A stretch of DNA of 64,000 nt, taken from positions 1,184,001 to 1,248,000 of the forward strand of contig OZ241877.1 of the NCBI GenBank assembly GCA_965203095.1, read 5' to 3'. Numbering within the stretch: the first letter of the stretch is position 1; each line of letters begins with the position of its first letter. Position numbers and translations under genes: made by a program. Shown in pieces: positions 39,026 through 48,315 of the stretch. The notes below the pieces were generated by a model that did not search any database, had not been told where the DNA came from, and saw nothing but the letters and a program-made list of their open reading frames with translations. The stretch comes from Bdellovibrionales bacterium. GTDB lineage: Bacteria; Bdellovibrionota; Bdellovibrionia; Bdellovibrionales; UBA1609.

Positions 39026-41689
39026 ATGAAGAAAAATATATTAAAAAATACCTTGAGAGAGTCTGTTAAAATGGGAATCCAGAAAACTTTATCTTCTTTA
39101 CCTACAAAACCAACGGGAATCTTGCCCCCAGGGATCTCCGAGTCGCAGTTTCAAGGCAATTTCACCCCCCCCCCCCCCCCCGAAAAACGCTGTAAATTCA
39201 ATAGTTTAAAGCATTTTAAACACAAAAAAGCTTTTCTTTTAAATAATAAAGGCTTTTCTATTACCGGTGTGGTGGTGGCCTCCACGATTGGGGTAATAGC
39301 CATGACGGGTATGGCTAAACACATGGCCTTGATAGCCCAACAGCAACAGAAAATAAATAAGGAAAGGGAACTGAATGCTTTTTGGGAACAGTTTGGGACT
39401 GAAACTAATTGTAAGGAAACAATAAAAGGCTGGCTCAATCAGAATACCCCTCCCGCAAATTCTAAAAAAGAAAAGTTAGCTTTGGGGACTGAAGGCAATG
39501 AGATAGAAATCAAAGTTTTAAAAAAGAAAAAAAACAATGTTGTCAGCAATTTTTTTGATGTAAGCACTGCAAATAATGTTTTTAGGCGACATGGTTTTAC
39601 TCCCCGCTTTTTTGTTTTGAGATGTAATCCTGCTGACAATGGCGGGAGTTGTGATTGCAAGGCCAGCGGGACGACTTATCCCTGCAAAAAGACTTGGATG
39701 CTTATCCCTGGGGTTCAAAGGGGGATGACTTTTATTAGAGGAAGGGTTTTGAATTTAGATATTGAGTGGTCGTCTGCTCCTAATAGCACTTATACTAATT
39801 TTGATTGCACTAAGATAGGAATATCCGGCGGGAAAAACCGCTGTTATAAGGCGGAGGCTACTGGGAGCAAAAGAACCCTTGCTGGTTGTGGTAGCACACA
39901 ATCACTTGGTGGCACAGGCACAACCGCTTTTGGTAATGATGTAGCAAGGTCGGCTACTATCACTGGGGCTGAAAATTATTTTTTTGGACACTGGGCGGGG
40001 CATAGTGCCAAAGTAAGCTCCACTGGCAATTCTTTTTTTGGGGATAGAGCGGGCTTAGGAGTAGAGATAAAAGCCAGAGGGACAAACAATGGGAATGCCA
40101 ATGTTTTTGTGGGGCAGAGAGCGGGGGACAATGCCACAATAGATGGTGGCACACAAAACCATTTTTTTGGATTTCAATCGGGATATGATGCCACAGTGAG
40201 AGGGCATAGAAATCACTTTTTAGGTCCTTATTCTGGGTATAAAGTAAATATGACGTCGGGGAATAATAATACTTTTGTCGGCTCTAATGCTGGTAGAGAA
40301 ACCACAATCTCAGCCGGTGGTAATCATTTTTTTGGGGACAATGCTGGGAAAAAAGCCACAGTGAGCGGAGGGCAGAACCATTTTATTGGCGATCATGCCG
40401 GCCAATCCGCCACAGTGGCCGGGGCGAGAAATACCTTCTTAGGGAACAGTGCGGGCTGGAATGCGGATGTAAGAAGCGGGGCCGATGGCAATGTCTTTAT
40501 TGGGCAGAGTGCGGGAAAAAAAGATCATGGGACTACCACAGGCGGTTATATATCAGGGGATTTGAATGTCTTTTTAGGGCATGCCGCCGGCCGGACTGCT
40601 AAGGTGTCCGGGCATTATAATACCTTCATTGGAGCCGGTGCCGGGGACGGGCAACCTATCTCTGGCAATGGCGGGACTTATATCAAAGGGAGTAAAATAG
40701 AAATCAAAGCCAATGATGTTGTAATCAAATCGGGGGCGGGCGGTGTTAAGTGTGCTTGGAATGAATATCTTAGAGGATTTGATGGCAATGGAAAACTTTG
40801 CGGAGTGCGGGCCACTATAGGAACTTGTCCCAGTGGGCAAGTGCTTAGTGGATTTAATGCCGATGGAACTTTAAATTGTGTGGCCACTGGAGGCACAGGC
40901 TGGAAACAAACTTGTCCGGTGGGGGATGTTCTCAGAGGGTTTAACTCTGCCGGGAATAAAGTCTGTGCCCTTCAAGATAAATGCAATGCAGGTTATTATT
41001 GGAGTGGGAGTCGCTGTATAACCCGCTGTGGTAGCAGTCAGCGATGGAATCATGAAAGGGCGACATGTGTTGCTTATACCCCTCCCCCCTCCCCCCAGCA
41101 GGGGTGTAGTCCCGGCTGTTCCGCGGATTCTATTTGTAGGAGCGGAACTTGTGTCCCCCTCTCCCCCGGAGGACATGGTTCCTCCAAAGTTTATAAAAAG
41201 AATATTCGTCCTTTTAATGATATGGAAAAGGCTTTGAAGGATATTTTAGAGACTCCCCTATTCACTTATTATTTTAAGGATAAAAACAATTTTCCTAAAA
41301 AGAAAAGAATGGGAGTGATAGCGGAGGACTTGCCAAAAAACTTACAGCTTAAAGGAAAGCCTATTGCTCCGGACTGGCCCTCTATCTATGGGACATTGTG
41401 GGCCGGGATAAAAGCCCTTCATTCCAAGATAGAAAGTTTTAAAAAAGATGTGCTCTCAAAATTCAAAACTCTCAATTCCACAATAGAGGCAAAATTTAAA
41501 GCCCTCAGCAAAACAGACGATCAGTTTAAAAAAGAGCTGGCAGGAACAAATAAAGAGTTGGCCAATACTAAACAGGAACTAAAATCAGCCAATGAAAAAA
41601 TAGACAGCCTCTCAAAAGAATTAAAAGAACTAAAGTCCAGCTTTGAGAAAAAAGGACTAAACAAAATAGACAATCAGCCGATAAGATAA
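39026..41689 (+). CDS. Fibre/adhesin-like protein: prepilin-like N-terminus, Gly-rich N-x-F-x-G repeats, Cys repeats, peptidase S74 chaperone, coiled coil
   Basis: NNKG|FSITGVVVASTIGVIAM; more than ten NxFxGxxAG repeats; three C..G.VL.GF...G...C repeats; SSKVYKKNI...MGVIAEDLP...LWAGIKAL. Confidence 0.8.
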   Translation: MKKNILKNTLRESVKMGIQKTLSSLPTKPTGILPPGISESQFQGNFTPPPPPEKRCKFNSLKHFKHKKAFLLNNKGFSITGVVVASTIGVIAMTGMAKHMALIAQQQQKINKERELNAFWEQFGTETNCKETIKGWLNQNTPPANSKKEKLALGTEGNEIEIKVLKKKKNNVVSNFFDVSTANNVFRRHGFTPRFFVLRCNPADNGGSCDCKASGTTYPCKKTWMLIPGVQRGMTFIRGRVLNLDIEWSSAPNSTYTNFDCTKIGISGGKNRCYKAEATGSKRTLAGCGSTQSLGGTGTTAFGNDVARSATITGAENYFFGHWAGHSAKVSSTGNSFFGDRAGLGVEIKARGTNNGNANVFVGQRAGDNATIDGGTQNHFFGFQSGYDATVRGHRNHFLGPYSGYKVNMTSGNNNTFVGSNAGRETTISAGGNHFFGDNAGKKATVSGGQNHFIGDHAGQSATVAGARNTFLGNSAGWNADVRSGADGNVFIGQSAGKKDHGTTTGGYISGDLNVFLGHAAGRTAKVSGHYNTFIGAGAGDGQPISGNGGTYIKGSKIEIKANDVVIKSGAGGVKCAWNEYLRGFDGNGKLCGVRATIGTCPSGQVLSGFNADGTLNCVATGGTGWKQTCPVGDVLRGFNSAGNKVCALQDKCNAGYYWSGSRCITRCGSSQRWNHERATCVAYTPPPSPQQGCSPGCSADSICRSGTCVPLSPGGHGSSKVYKKNIRPFNDMEKALKDILETPLFTYYFKDKNNFPKKKRMGVIAEDLPKNLQLKGKPIAPDWPSIYGTLWAGIKALHSKIESFKKDVLSKFKTLNSTIEAKFKALSKTDDQFKKELAGTNKELANTKQELKSANEKIDSLSKELKELKSSFEKKGLNKIDNQPIR
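39165..39181 (+). repeat. Homopolymeric C17 tract in the 5' coding region (candidate phase-variation switch)
   Basis: 17 consecutive C encoding TPPPPP in an AT-rich genome. Confidence 0.85.
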
Positions 41690-41714
41690 ACAGGAAACCT
41701 AAAACGGAGGGACT

Positions 41715-42269
41715 ATGAAACAAATTATTTTAATCCTTTTATGGATTGCAATCCCAGCTCAGAGCATTGCAATCCCCTTTGATAAAAAAAATTTAAAATA
41801 TAAAAAATCTTTAAAAAAAAGTGATCTCCACTATAAGAAATTAAGAGGTTCACTTCATGATAAGAAACAAACAAAAAAACCAGTTGATCCAACAAAACAA
41901 GCAGAGCTTATTAAGCAAATAAGGAAAGGCAAAAAAGATTTGGCGGGAGCAGACTTGAGAGGGGCAAACTTAGTGAGAACGAACTTACAGAATACAACCT
42001 TGAATTGGGCGGACTTTGAGGGGGCGATCTTAATAAGGGCGAACTTGAGAAGAGCATACATGGAACATGCAAACTTGAGAGGGGCAAAACTGCATGGGGC
42101 GGACTTTGAGGGGGCGATCTTGACAGGGGCGGACTTTAAGGGGGCGATCTTGACAGGGGCAAAATTTAAAGGAACAAACCTAATTTTTGCTTATATAGAC
42201 TCAAAATATCGTGACATGATTATGGCCAGCGGAGCATTGAACACAGACAGGATTAACTGGTGGGATTAA
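41715..42269 (+). CDS. Secreted pentapeptide-repeat protein (copy 1)
   Basis: Signal peptide; A(D/N)(L/F)xx repeats; GGAGG RBS. Confidence 0.9.
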   Translation: MKQIILILLWIAIPAQSIAIPFDKKNLKYKKSLKKSDLHYKKLRGSLHDKKQTKKPVDPTKQAELIKQIRKGKKDLAGADLRGANLVRTNLQNTTLNWADFEGAILIRANLRRAYMEHANLRGAKLHGADFEGAILTGADFKGAILTGAKFKGTNLIFAYIDSKYRDMIMASGALNTDRINWWD

Positions 42270-42350
42270 GCTCCGCCCTTTGTGTGAAAAATTTACAAAA
42301 GGCTTTAAAAGACTTTGTTTTCCCGGACAATCCTGCTATAAACAAACTCT

Positions 42351-42608
42351 ATGAAAATACTATTGAGCCTTATTCTTTTAATGAGCTTGCCGGCTTTTTC
42401 TGAAAACACGGAGCCAGTTGATCACACAAAACAAGCAGAATTGATTAACCAAATCAGACAAGGAAAAAAAAACTTGACAGGGGCGGACTTGAGAGGGGCT
42501 ACTTGGATAGGAGCGAACTTAGCTGGAACTTATATAAACTCAAAATATCGTGACATGATTATGGCCAGCGGAGCATTGAACACAGACAAGATTAAATGGG
42601 TGGATTAA
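42351..42608 (+). CDS. Short pentapeptide-repeat paralogue (copy 1)
   Basis: Signal peptide; shares PVD.TKQAELI.QIR.GKK and YI.SKYRDMIMASGALNTD with the upstream gene. Confidence 0.75.
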   Translation: MKILLSLILLMSLPAFSENTEPVDHTKQAELINQIRQGKKNLTGADLRGATWIGANLAGTYINSKYRDMIMASGALNTDKIKWVD

Positions 42609-42676
42609 GCTTTTGCCCTTTGTGTGAAAAATTTACAAAATTCTATTTTTTTGGAGGATTATTATATAAGGCAAAT

Positions 42677-42838
42677 ATGAAAAATTTATTATTTATCTTT
42701 TCCTTTTATTCTTTTACCGCTGGAGCAGGTTTTTGGGACTCTTTGAATTTTTGGTCCGGTCCTGATTGGTATGCAGTGATTACAAACTTACATTTTGGAC
42801 AACCTTTTAAAATATATGCTGATAATGTAGGGAATTGA
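42677..42838 (+). CDS. Small putative secreted protein or gene fragment (copy 1)
   Basis: MKNLLFIFSFYSFTAGA signal-like start; 53 aa. Confidence 0.3.
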   Translation: MKNLLFIFSFYSFTAGAGFWDSLNFWSGPDWYAVITNLHFGQPFKIYADNVGN

Positions 42839-43032
42839 CTTTCATTATACTTGTGGTATAATAAACTCGCTATTTTACTGATAAAATTAGTCTAAAATCT
42901 GAGCTTTTAGGCAAAGAGAATAAATTCTGTCAGCAAAATACTGAAACATGGACAACCCCTTCCTTTTTTCCTATATTGAGTAGACAGTGAGTGTGCAGGC
43001 TTTTATAAAATATAGGGGTAGTAAAAAACCGG

Positions 43033-43689
43033 ATGAATGCCAAAAAAACAGTTTTAATAGTCGCAGGGCCTTCTGGGGGACATATTTACCCCGCTTTGGC
43101 TGTGGCGGAAAAGTTGAAAGATCAATTTCAAGTTCATTTGGCCCATTCCGGTTCTCTTTTAGGAAGAAGTCTTTTAAATTCTACAAAATTCCCCATCCAT
43201 GAAATTTCCATTGGTGGTTTAGCCCAAGGGCAGAGTTTTTTTAAAAAAATAAAAACAGTTTTTAACCTGCCACTGGCTTTTATTCATTCCCTAAGACTTA
43301 TCCAAAAAATAAAAACTGGTCTTGTTTTTGGAACTGGAGGATCTGTCACCGGTCCCCTTTTATTAACTGCTGTTTTAATGTTTCGTAAAACTGCTTTATG
43401 GGAAGGGAATATTTCTGCAGGATTGGCCAACCGCTGGCTAGCTCCCTTTGTCTCAAAAGTGTTTACAGTTTTTCCTGAAGTGGAGGCTTTGCCTTTAAAA
43501 AAACAACAACTCTGTGGTTATCCTTTAAGGGATCCAAAACCGGGTTTTCAAAAAAAACCACCAACTGAGGGGCAAAAGGATTTTTCCCGACTTCCGCATT
43601 TTGTGATCAGGAATCCAGTATTATCAAGGGTTTGCGGGGAGGCTTGGGTCACTACATTCAAGACTTTAGTTTGTGATATTAGGACATAA
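43033..43689 (+). pseudogene. murG: 3'-truncated murG copy reading into the IS end
   Basis: Identical to 48316.. up to ...EGQKDF (43585), then IS-derived SRLPHF... Confidence 0.92.
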
Positions 43690-45361
43690 ATTTAATAGTT
43701 CGTGGGAAGGTTTTGTTAAAGGCTTTGTAGATATTCTTTTGTGTTTTGTTGATTGTAGAAGGTAGGAAGAATTTCTTTCCTGTGGATGTGTCCTCTATAT
43801 AACTGATTTGGACAAGACTTAATTCTTGTTTAATGACTTCAAAACTAAGGTTTATATTTTTAGATTTCAAAACATGCCTCACAAAAACCGTCAGACCATA
43901 AGCTATAAAACATATTAACACATGAGCCTTTATCCTTCTCGGTGTCCAATGATAGATAGGTCTCATCTTCAAATCATGTTTGTTCATACGAAAAGCAGAT
44001 TCTATTTGCCAAAGATTTTTGTATTTTTCCAATATGTTATGGGCCGTCTCTTTTTTGTTGTTTACAGCTACAGCACTAAATCCGTCCCATAAACGCTCCG
44101 CTTGTATCTTGTCTTCATTTAAAACAGCCCAACCCTTCTGTTTTAACTCCAAATACTTCTTAAGTCCGGTGTTTTTAACCAAATCCTTCACACGAACTCG
44201 ACCACCTTTCATCTTTTCTTTTATCTTGGCCAAAAGCTTCTCCCTATCCCTTCTGTCTTTATCTGCTCTTTCCCGATCATAACGGACAATGAGACGAAAA
44301 CCCTCCCACTCATATTCCCCCGTCCAGCTCCGAACCTTTCTAAAATCCCCTCTTTTAGAAAAAGCAGGAGCTTCCGACAACACCCTATCCTTCAAAGACT
44401 TCTTCATTGACTTCAGCCGGGCCCCAGCTATAAACTGAACCTTCCTTTTATCCATCTCAAAAAGATTTTTCTTGGAAAACATCCCACGATCAGCAACTAA
44501 AAACACATCCCGAATATCATAACTCTTTGATATATTATCTATCGTCTGGAGCAAAGTATTGCCCTCAAAAGTATTACCAGAAAAAAGCTCATAACCTATA
44601 GGCAAACCCCCTTTAGTCGTCATCAAAGACAAAACAACCTGTGTCTCTTTGATCTTATTGTCCTTGCTAAAACCACAACTCCTCAAATTATCCTCGATAA
44701 AACTCTCAAAATACAATGTCGTCACATCAAAAAACACAACATCAATACGCTCTTTAAACAAACTCAATGTCCTCTCGGTTAGCTTGCCTTTTAAAACCTC
44801 ACTATTCTTATAAACCTTGTCCATCATCCGATAAACACGATCCAAAGGTATGGACTGAACACCAGCAGACCTTCTGCTTATGTCCAAAACACTACCCCGC
44901 TTACTCATCGGACTTTTTAAACGATGCAAAACCATTTCCTTCAATAGTTGGCTGGCCTCTCTATGCTTATATCCCTCATTAAAACAAGACGATAAACCCA
45001 GGTCATCGTAAACCTTGCCAAATATGTCTGAAATCCCCACAACTTGACGACTCTCCTCTTTCAGACTTGGTGCATGAACCATATCCCCAGGATAAAAATC
45101 CCTCTTCTTCTCTCTCGTAGAGTCCCCCTTGGAATCCCTCTTAGAATCCTCCTCAAAAAGCGAGAACTGATCTTTTCCTTTGAGGTCCTGAATGACTTTT
45201 CTGCCGATCTTGTAAAATAAAGCAATTTTCTCTTTATCGTTTTGATGGCAATGTCCTACACAGCCAATAGTCTCTTGTCTGACTTTTTTGCCTTCTCTAC
45301 GGCTTCTGACCACACGGATGGAAACATGGCCATTGGCTTTTTTAACTTCACGAATAAACAT
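43679..45361 (-). CDS. IS1634-family DDE transposase
   Basis: MFIREVKK, FFDVTTLYFES, GFSKD, GNTFEG, VADRGM, LWQIESAFR..KHDLKMRPIYHW..RIKAHVLICFIAY. Confidence 0.95.
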   Translation of the reverse strand: MFIREVKKANGHVSIRVVRSRREGKKVRQETIGCVGHCHQNDKEKIALFYKIGRKVIQDLKGKDQFSLFEEDSKRDSKGDSTREKKRDFYPGDMVHAPSLKEESRQVVGISDIFGKVYDDLGLSSCFNEGYKHREASQLLKEMVLHRLKSPMSKRGSVLDISRRSAGVQSIPLDRVYRMMDKVYKNSEVLKGKLTERTLSLFKERIDVVFFDVTTLYFESFIEDNLRSCGFSKDNKIKETQVVLSLMTTKGGLPIGYELFSGNTFEGNTLLQTIDNISKSYDIRDVFLVADRGMFSKKNLFEMDKRKVQFIAGARLKSMKKSLKDRVLSEAPAFSKRGDFRKVRSWTGEYEWEGFRLIVRYDRERADKDRRDREKLLAKIKEKMKGGRVRVKDLVKNTGLKKYLELKQKGWAVLNEDKIQAERLWDGFSAVAVNNKKETAHNILEKYKNLWQIESAFRMNKHDLKMRPIYHWTPRRIKAHVLICFIAYGLTVFVRHVLKSKNINLSFEVIKQELSLVQISYIEDTSTGKKFFLPSTINKTQKNIYKAFNKTFPRTIKFMS

Positions 45362-45367
45362 ACTGGC

Positions 45368-45396
45368 AGAATAAGAGAAGACAGAAGGCTTGTCAA
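45368..45396 (-). promoter_or_regulatory. Sigma70-type transposase promoter, probably leaderless
   Basis: Minus strand TTGACA-17 bp-TATTCT, then 6 nt to the ATG at 45361; no Shine-Dalgarno. Confidence 0.65.
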
Positions 45397-45504
45397 GTAG
45401 ATAAATTAAAAATATTGCTTTATTTTTATCAAGGGCCACTACACCCCAACACAACAATAAAAAGCCCATAAACTGGGCCTTTTAAACCCTTACAACTCTA
45501 CAAA

Positions 45505-46972
45505 ATGCGGAAGTCGGGAGTAAATATGACGTCGGGGAATAATAATACTTTTGTCGGCTCTAATGCTGGTAGAGAAACCACAATCTCAGCCGGTGGTAAT
45601 CATTTTTTTGGGGACAATGCTGGGAAAAAAGCCACAGTGAGCGGAGGGCAGAACCATTTTATTGGCGATCATGCCGGCCAATCCGCCACAGTGGCCGGGG
45701 CGAGAAATACCTTCTTAGGGAACAGTGCGGGCTGGAATGCGGATGTAAGAAGCGGGGCCGATGGCAATGTCTTTATTGGGCAGAGTGCGGGAAAAAAAGA
45801 TCATGGGACTACCACAGGCGGTTATATATCAGGGGATTTGAATGTCTTTTTAGGGCATGCCGCCGGCCGGACTGCTAAGGTGTCCGGGCATTATAATACC
45901 TTCATTGGAGCCGGTGCCGGGGACGGGCAACCTATCTCTGGCAATGGCGGGACTTATATCAAAGGGAGTAAAATAGAAATCAAAGCCAATGATGTTGTAA
46001 TCAAATCGGGGGCGGGCGGTGTTAAGTGTGCTTGGAATGAATATCTTAGAGGATTTGATGGCAATGGAAAACTTTGCGGAGTGCGGGCCACTATAGGAAC
46101 TTGTCCCAGTGGGCAAGTGCTTAGTGGATTTAATGCCGATGGAACTTTAAATTGTGTGGCCACTGGAGGCACAGGCTGGAAACAAACTTGTCCGGTGGGG
46201 GATGTTCTCAGAGGGTTTAACTCTGCCGGGAATAAAGTCTGTGCCCTTCAAGATAAATGCAATGCAGGTTATTATTGGAGTGGGAGTCGCTGTATAACCC
46301 GCTGTGGTAGCAGTCAGCGATGGAATCATGAAAGGGCGACATGTGTTGCTTATACCCCTCCCCCCTCCCCCCTCCCCCCAGCAGGGGTGTAGTCCCGGCT
46401 GTTCCGCGGATTCTATTTGTAGGAGCGGAACTTGTGTCCCCCTCTCCCCCGGAGGACATGGTTCCTCCAAAGTTTATAAAAAGAATATTCGTCCTTTTAA
46501 TGATATGGAAAAGGCTTTGAAGGATATTTTAGAGACTCCCCTATTCACTTATTATTTTAAGGATAAAAACAATTTTCCTAAAAAGAAAAGAATGGGAGTG
46601 ATAGCGGAGGACTTGCCAAAAAACTTACAGCTTAAAGGAAAGCCTATTGCTCCGGACTGGCCCTCTATCTATGGGACATTGTGGGCCGGGATAAAAGCCC
46701 TTCATTCCAAGATAGAAAGTTTTAAAAAAGATGTGCTCTCAAAATTCAAAACTCTCAATTCCACAATAGAGGCAAAATTTAAAGCCCTCAGCAAAACAGA
46801 CGATCAGTTTAAAAAAGAGCTGGCAGGAACAAATAAAGAGTTGGCCAATACTAAACAGGAACTAAAATCAGCCAATGAAAAAATAGACAGCCTCTCAAAA
46901 GAATTAAAAGAACTAAAGTCCAGCTTTGAGAAAAAAGGACTAAACAAAATAGACAATCAGCCGATAAGATAA
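45505..46972 (+). pseudogene. 5'-truncated, frameshifted second copy of the fibre gene
   Basis: Starts at the IS end; an extra TCCCCCC unit at about 46373-46379 splits it into ORFs 45505-46392 and 46304-46972. Confidence 0.88.
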
Positions 46973-46997
46973 ACAGGAAACCTAAAACGGAGGGACT

Positions 46998-47552
46998 ATG
47001 AAACAAATTATTTTAATCCTTTTATGGATTGCAATCCCAGCTCAGAGCATTGCAATCCCCTTTGATAAAAAAAATTTAAAATATAAAAAATCTTTAAAAA
47101 AAAGTGATCTCCACTATAAGAAATTAAGAGGTTCACTTCATGATAAGAAACAAACAAAAAAACCAGTTGATCCAACAAAACAAGCAGAGCTTATTAAGCA
47201 AATAAGGAAAGGCAAAAAAGATTTGGCGGGAGCAGACTTGAGAGGGGCAAACTTAGTGAGAACGAACTTACAGAATACAACCTTGAATTGGGCGGACTTT
47301 GAGGGGGCGATCTTAATAAGGGCGAACTTGAGAAGAGCATACATGGAACATGCAAACTTGAGAGGGGCAAAACTGCATGGGGCGGACTTTGAGGGGGCGA
47401 TCTTGACAGGGGCGGACTTTAAGGGGGCGATCTTGACAGGGGCAAAATTTAAAGGAACAAACCTAATTTTTGCTTATATAGACTCAAAATATCGTGACAT
47501 GATTATGGCCAGCGGAGCATTGAACACAGACAGGATTAACTGGTGGGATTAA
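46998..47552 (+). CDS. Secreted pentapeptide-repeat protein (copy 2)
   Basis: Identical translation to 41715-42269. Confidence 0.9.
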   Translation: MKQIILILLWIAIPAQSIAIPFDKKNLKYKKSLKKSDLHYKKLRGSLHDKKQTKKPVDPTKQAELIKQIRKGKKDLAGADLRGANLVRTNLQNTTLNWADFEGAILIRANLRRAYMEHANLRGAKLHGADFEGAILTGADFKGAILTGAKFKGTNLIFAYIDSKYRDMIMASGALNTDRINWWD

Positions 47553-47633
47553 GCTCCGCCCTTTGTGTGAAAAATTTACAAAAGGCTTTAAAAGACTTTG
47601 TTTTCCCGGACAATCCTGCTATAAACAAACTCT

Positions 47634-47891
47634 ATGAAAATACTATTGAGCCTTATTCTTTTAATGAGCTTGCCGGCTTTTTCTGAAAACACGGAGCCAG
47701 TTGATCACACAAAACAAGCAGAATTGATTAACCAAATCAGACAAGGAAAAAAAAACTTGACAGGGGCGGACTTGAGAGGGGCTACTTGGATAGGAGCGAA
47801 CTTAGCTGGAACTTATATAAACTCAAAATATCGTGACATGATTATGGCCAGCGGAGCATTGAACACAGACAAGATTAAATGGGTGGATTAA
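47634..47891 (+). CDS. Short pentapeptide-repeat paralogue (copy 2)
   Basis: Identical translation to 42351-42608. Confidence 0.75.
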   Translation: MKILLSLILLMSLPAFSENTEPVDHTKQAELINQIRQGKKNLTGADLRGATWIGANLAGTYINSKYRDMIMASGALNTDKIKWVD

Positions 47892-48315
47892 GCTTTTGCC
47901 CTTTGTGTGAAAAATTTACAAAATTCTATTTTTTTGGAGGATTATTATATAAGGCAAATATGAAAAATTTATTATTTATCTTTTCCTTTTATTCTTTTAC
48001 CGCTGGAGCAGGTTTTTGGGACTCTTTGAATTTTTGGTCCGGTCCTGATTGGTATGCAGTGATTACAAACTTACATTTTGGACAACCTTTTAAAATATAT
48101 GCTGATAATGTAGGGAATTGACTTTCATTATACTTGTGGTATAATAAACTCGCTATTTTACTGATAAAATTAGTCTAAAATCTGAGCTTTTAGGCAAAGA
48201 GAATAAATTCTGTCAGCAAAATACTGAAACATGGACAACCCCTTCCTTTTTTCCTATATTGAGTAGACAGTGAGTGTGCAGGCTTTTATAAAATATAGGG
48301 GTAGTAAAAAACCGG

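Larger units (their letters stand above)
40243..43585 (+). repeat. 3343-bp direct repeat, copy 1 (left flank of the IS)
   Basis: Matches 45519-48868 at offset 5276, then 5283 after a 7-bp indel; duplicated ORF translations are identical. Confidence 0.96.
43586..45518 (-). mobile_element. IS1634-family insertion sequence, 1933 bp
   Basis: Perfect 19-bp terminal inverted repeats CCCGACTTCCGCATTTTGT (43586-43604) and ACAAAATGCGGAAGTCGGG (45500-45518); single transposase ORF. Confidence 0.95.

Noticed and set aside
39026..41689. Prophage tail fibre / prophage
   Set aside because: No other phage genes; the prepilin-like N-terminus points to a cellular surface protein.
42190..42640. DGR template/variable repeat pair in the pentapeptide gene 3' ends
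   Set aside because: Differences are not confined to adenines and no reverse transcriptase is in the window.
45362..45469. N-terminal extension of the transposase in the ORF track
   Set aside because: It overlaps the promoter and IS end; MFIREVKK at 45361 is the typical start.
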